Below are positions 63,923-64,000 of a stretch of 64,000 nucleotides of DNA, piece after piece (the stretch's first letter is position 1; the number at the start of each line of letters is the position of its first letter). The stretch is taken from contig NC_068995.1 in the NCBI RefSeq assembly GCF_001194135.2, positions 11,939,952 through 12,003,951 on the forward strand, read 5' to 3'. The notes under the pieces are model-generated. The model saw nothing but the letters and a program-made list of their open reading frames with translations, was not told the origin of the DNA and did not search any database. The position numbers were made by a program, and so were the translations under genes. The DNA comes from Octopus bimaculoides. Its lineage: Eukaryota.

Positions 63923-64000
<78 letters not shown>

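Overview
AT-rich, repeat-saturated eukaryotic genomic DNA with no recognisable host gene, rRNA, intact tRNA or CRISPR array; it is intergenic or intronic. About 9.5 kb (roughly 15%, my hand count) is N gaps, almost all next to (TA)n, (CA)n, (GA)n or (TCTA)n microsatellites, and most ORFs in the supplied track are translations of microsatellites or N runs. The recurring tRNA-headed SINE families and microsatellite load match what I recall of octopus genomes; this is pattern recognition, not a database result. Family labels A-G are my own working names. Supported content: about 35 SINE copies or fragments, a fossil CR1-type LINE (11.7-14.5 kb) broken by SINE insertions, a Tx1/L1-type RT fragment, a 5'-truncated R4/Dong-like LINE end in a (TAA)n tract, a Tc1 transposase remnant, a mariner derivative built from two inverted 5' ends, and two mariner MITEs. 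I found no convincing new gene system. The most interesting observations are structural: decayed hammerhead-ribozyme-like motifs, a TSD-flanked dimeric SINE at two loci, three SINEs stacked at one reiterated 16-bp target, five tandem copies of a LINE 5' truncation point, the fold-back mariner, and one CORE-like SINE body carrying three different 3' tails.
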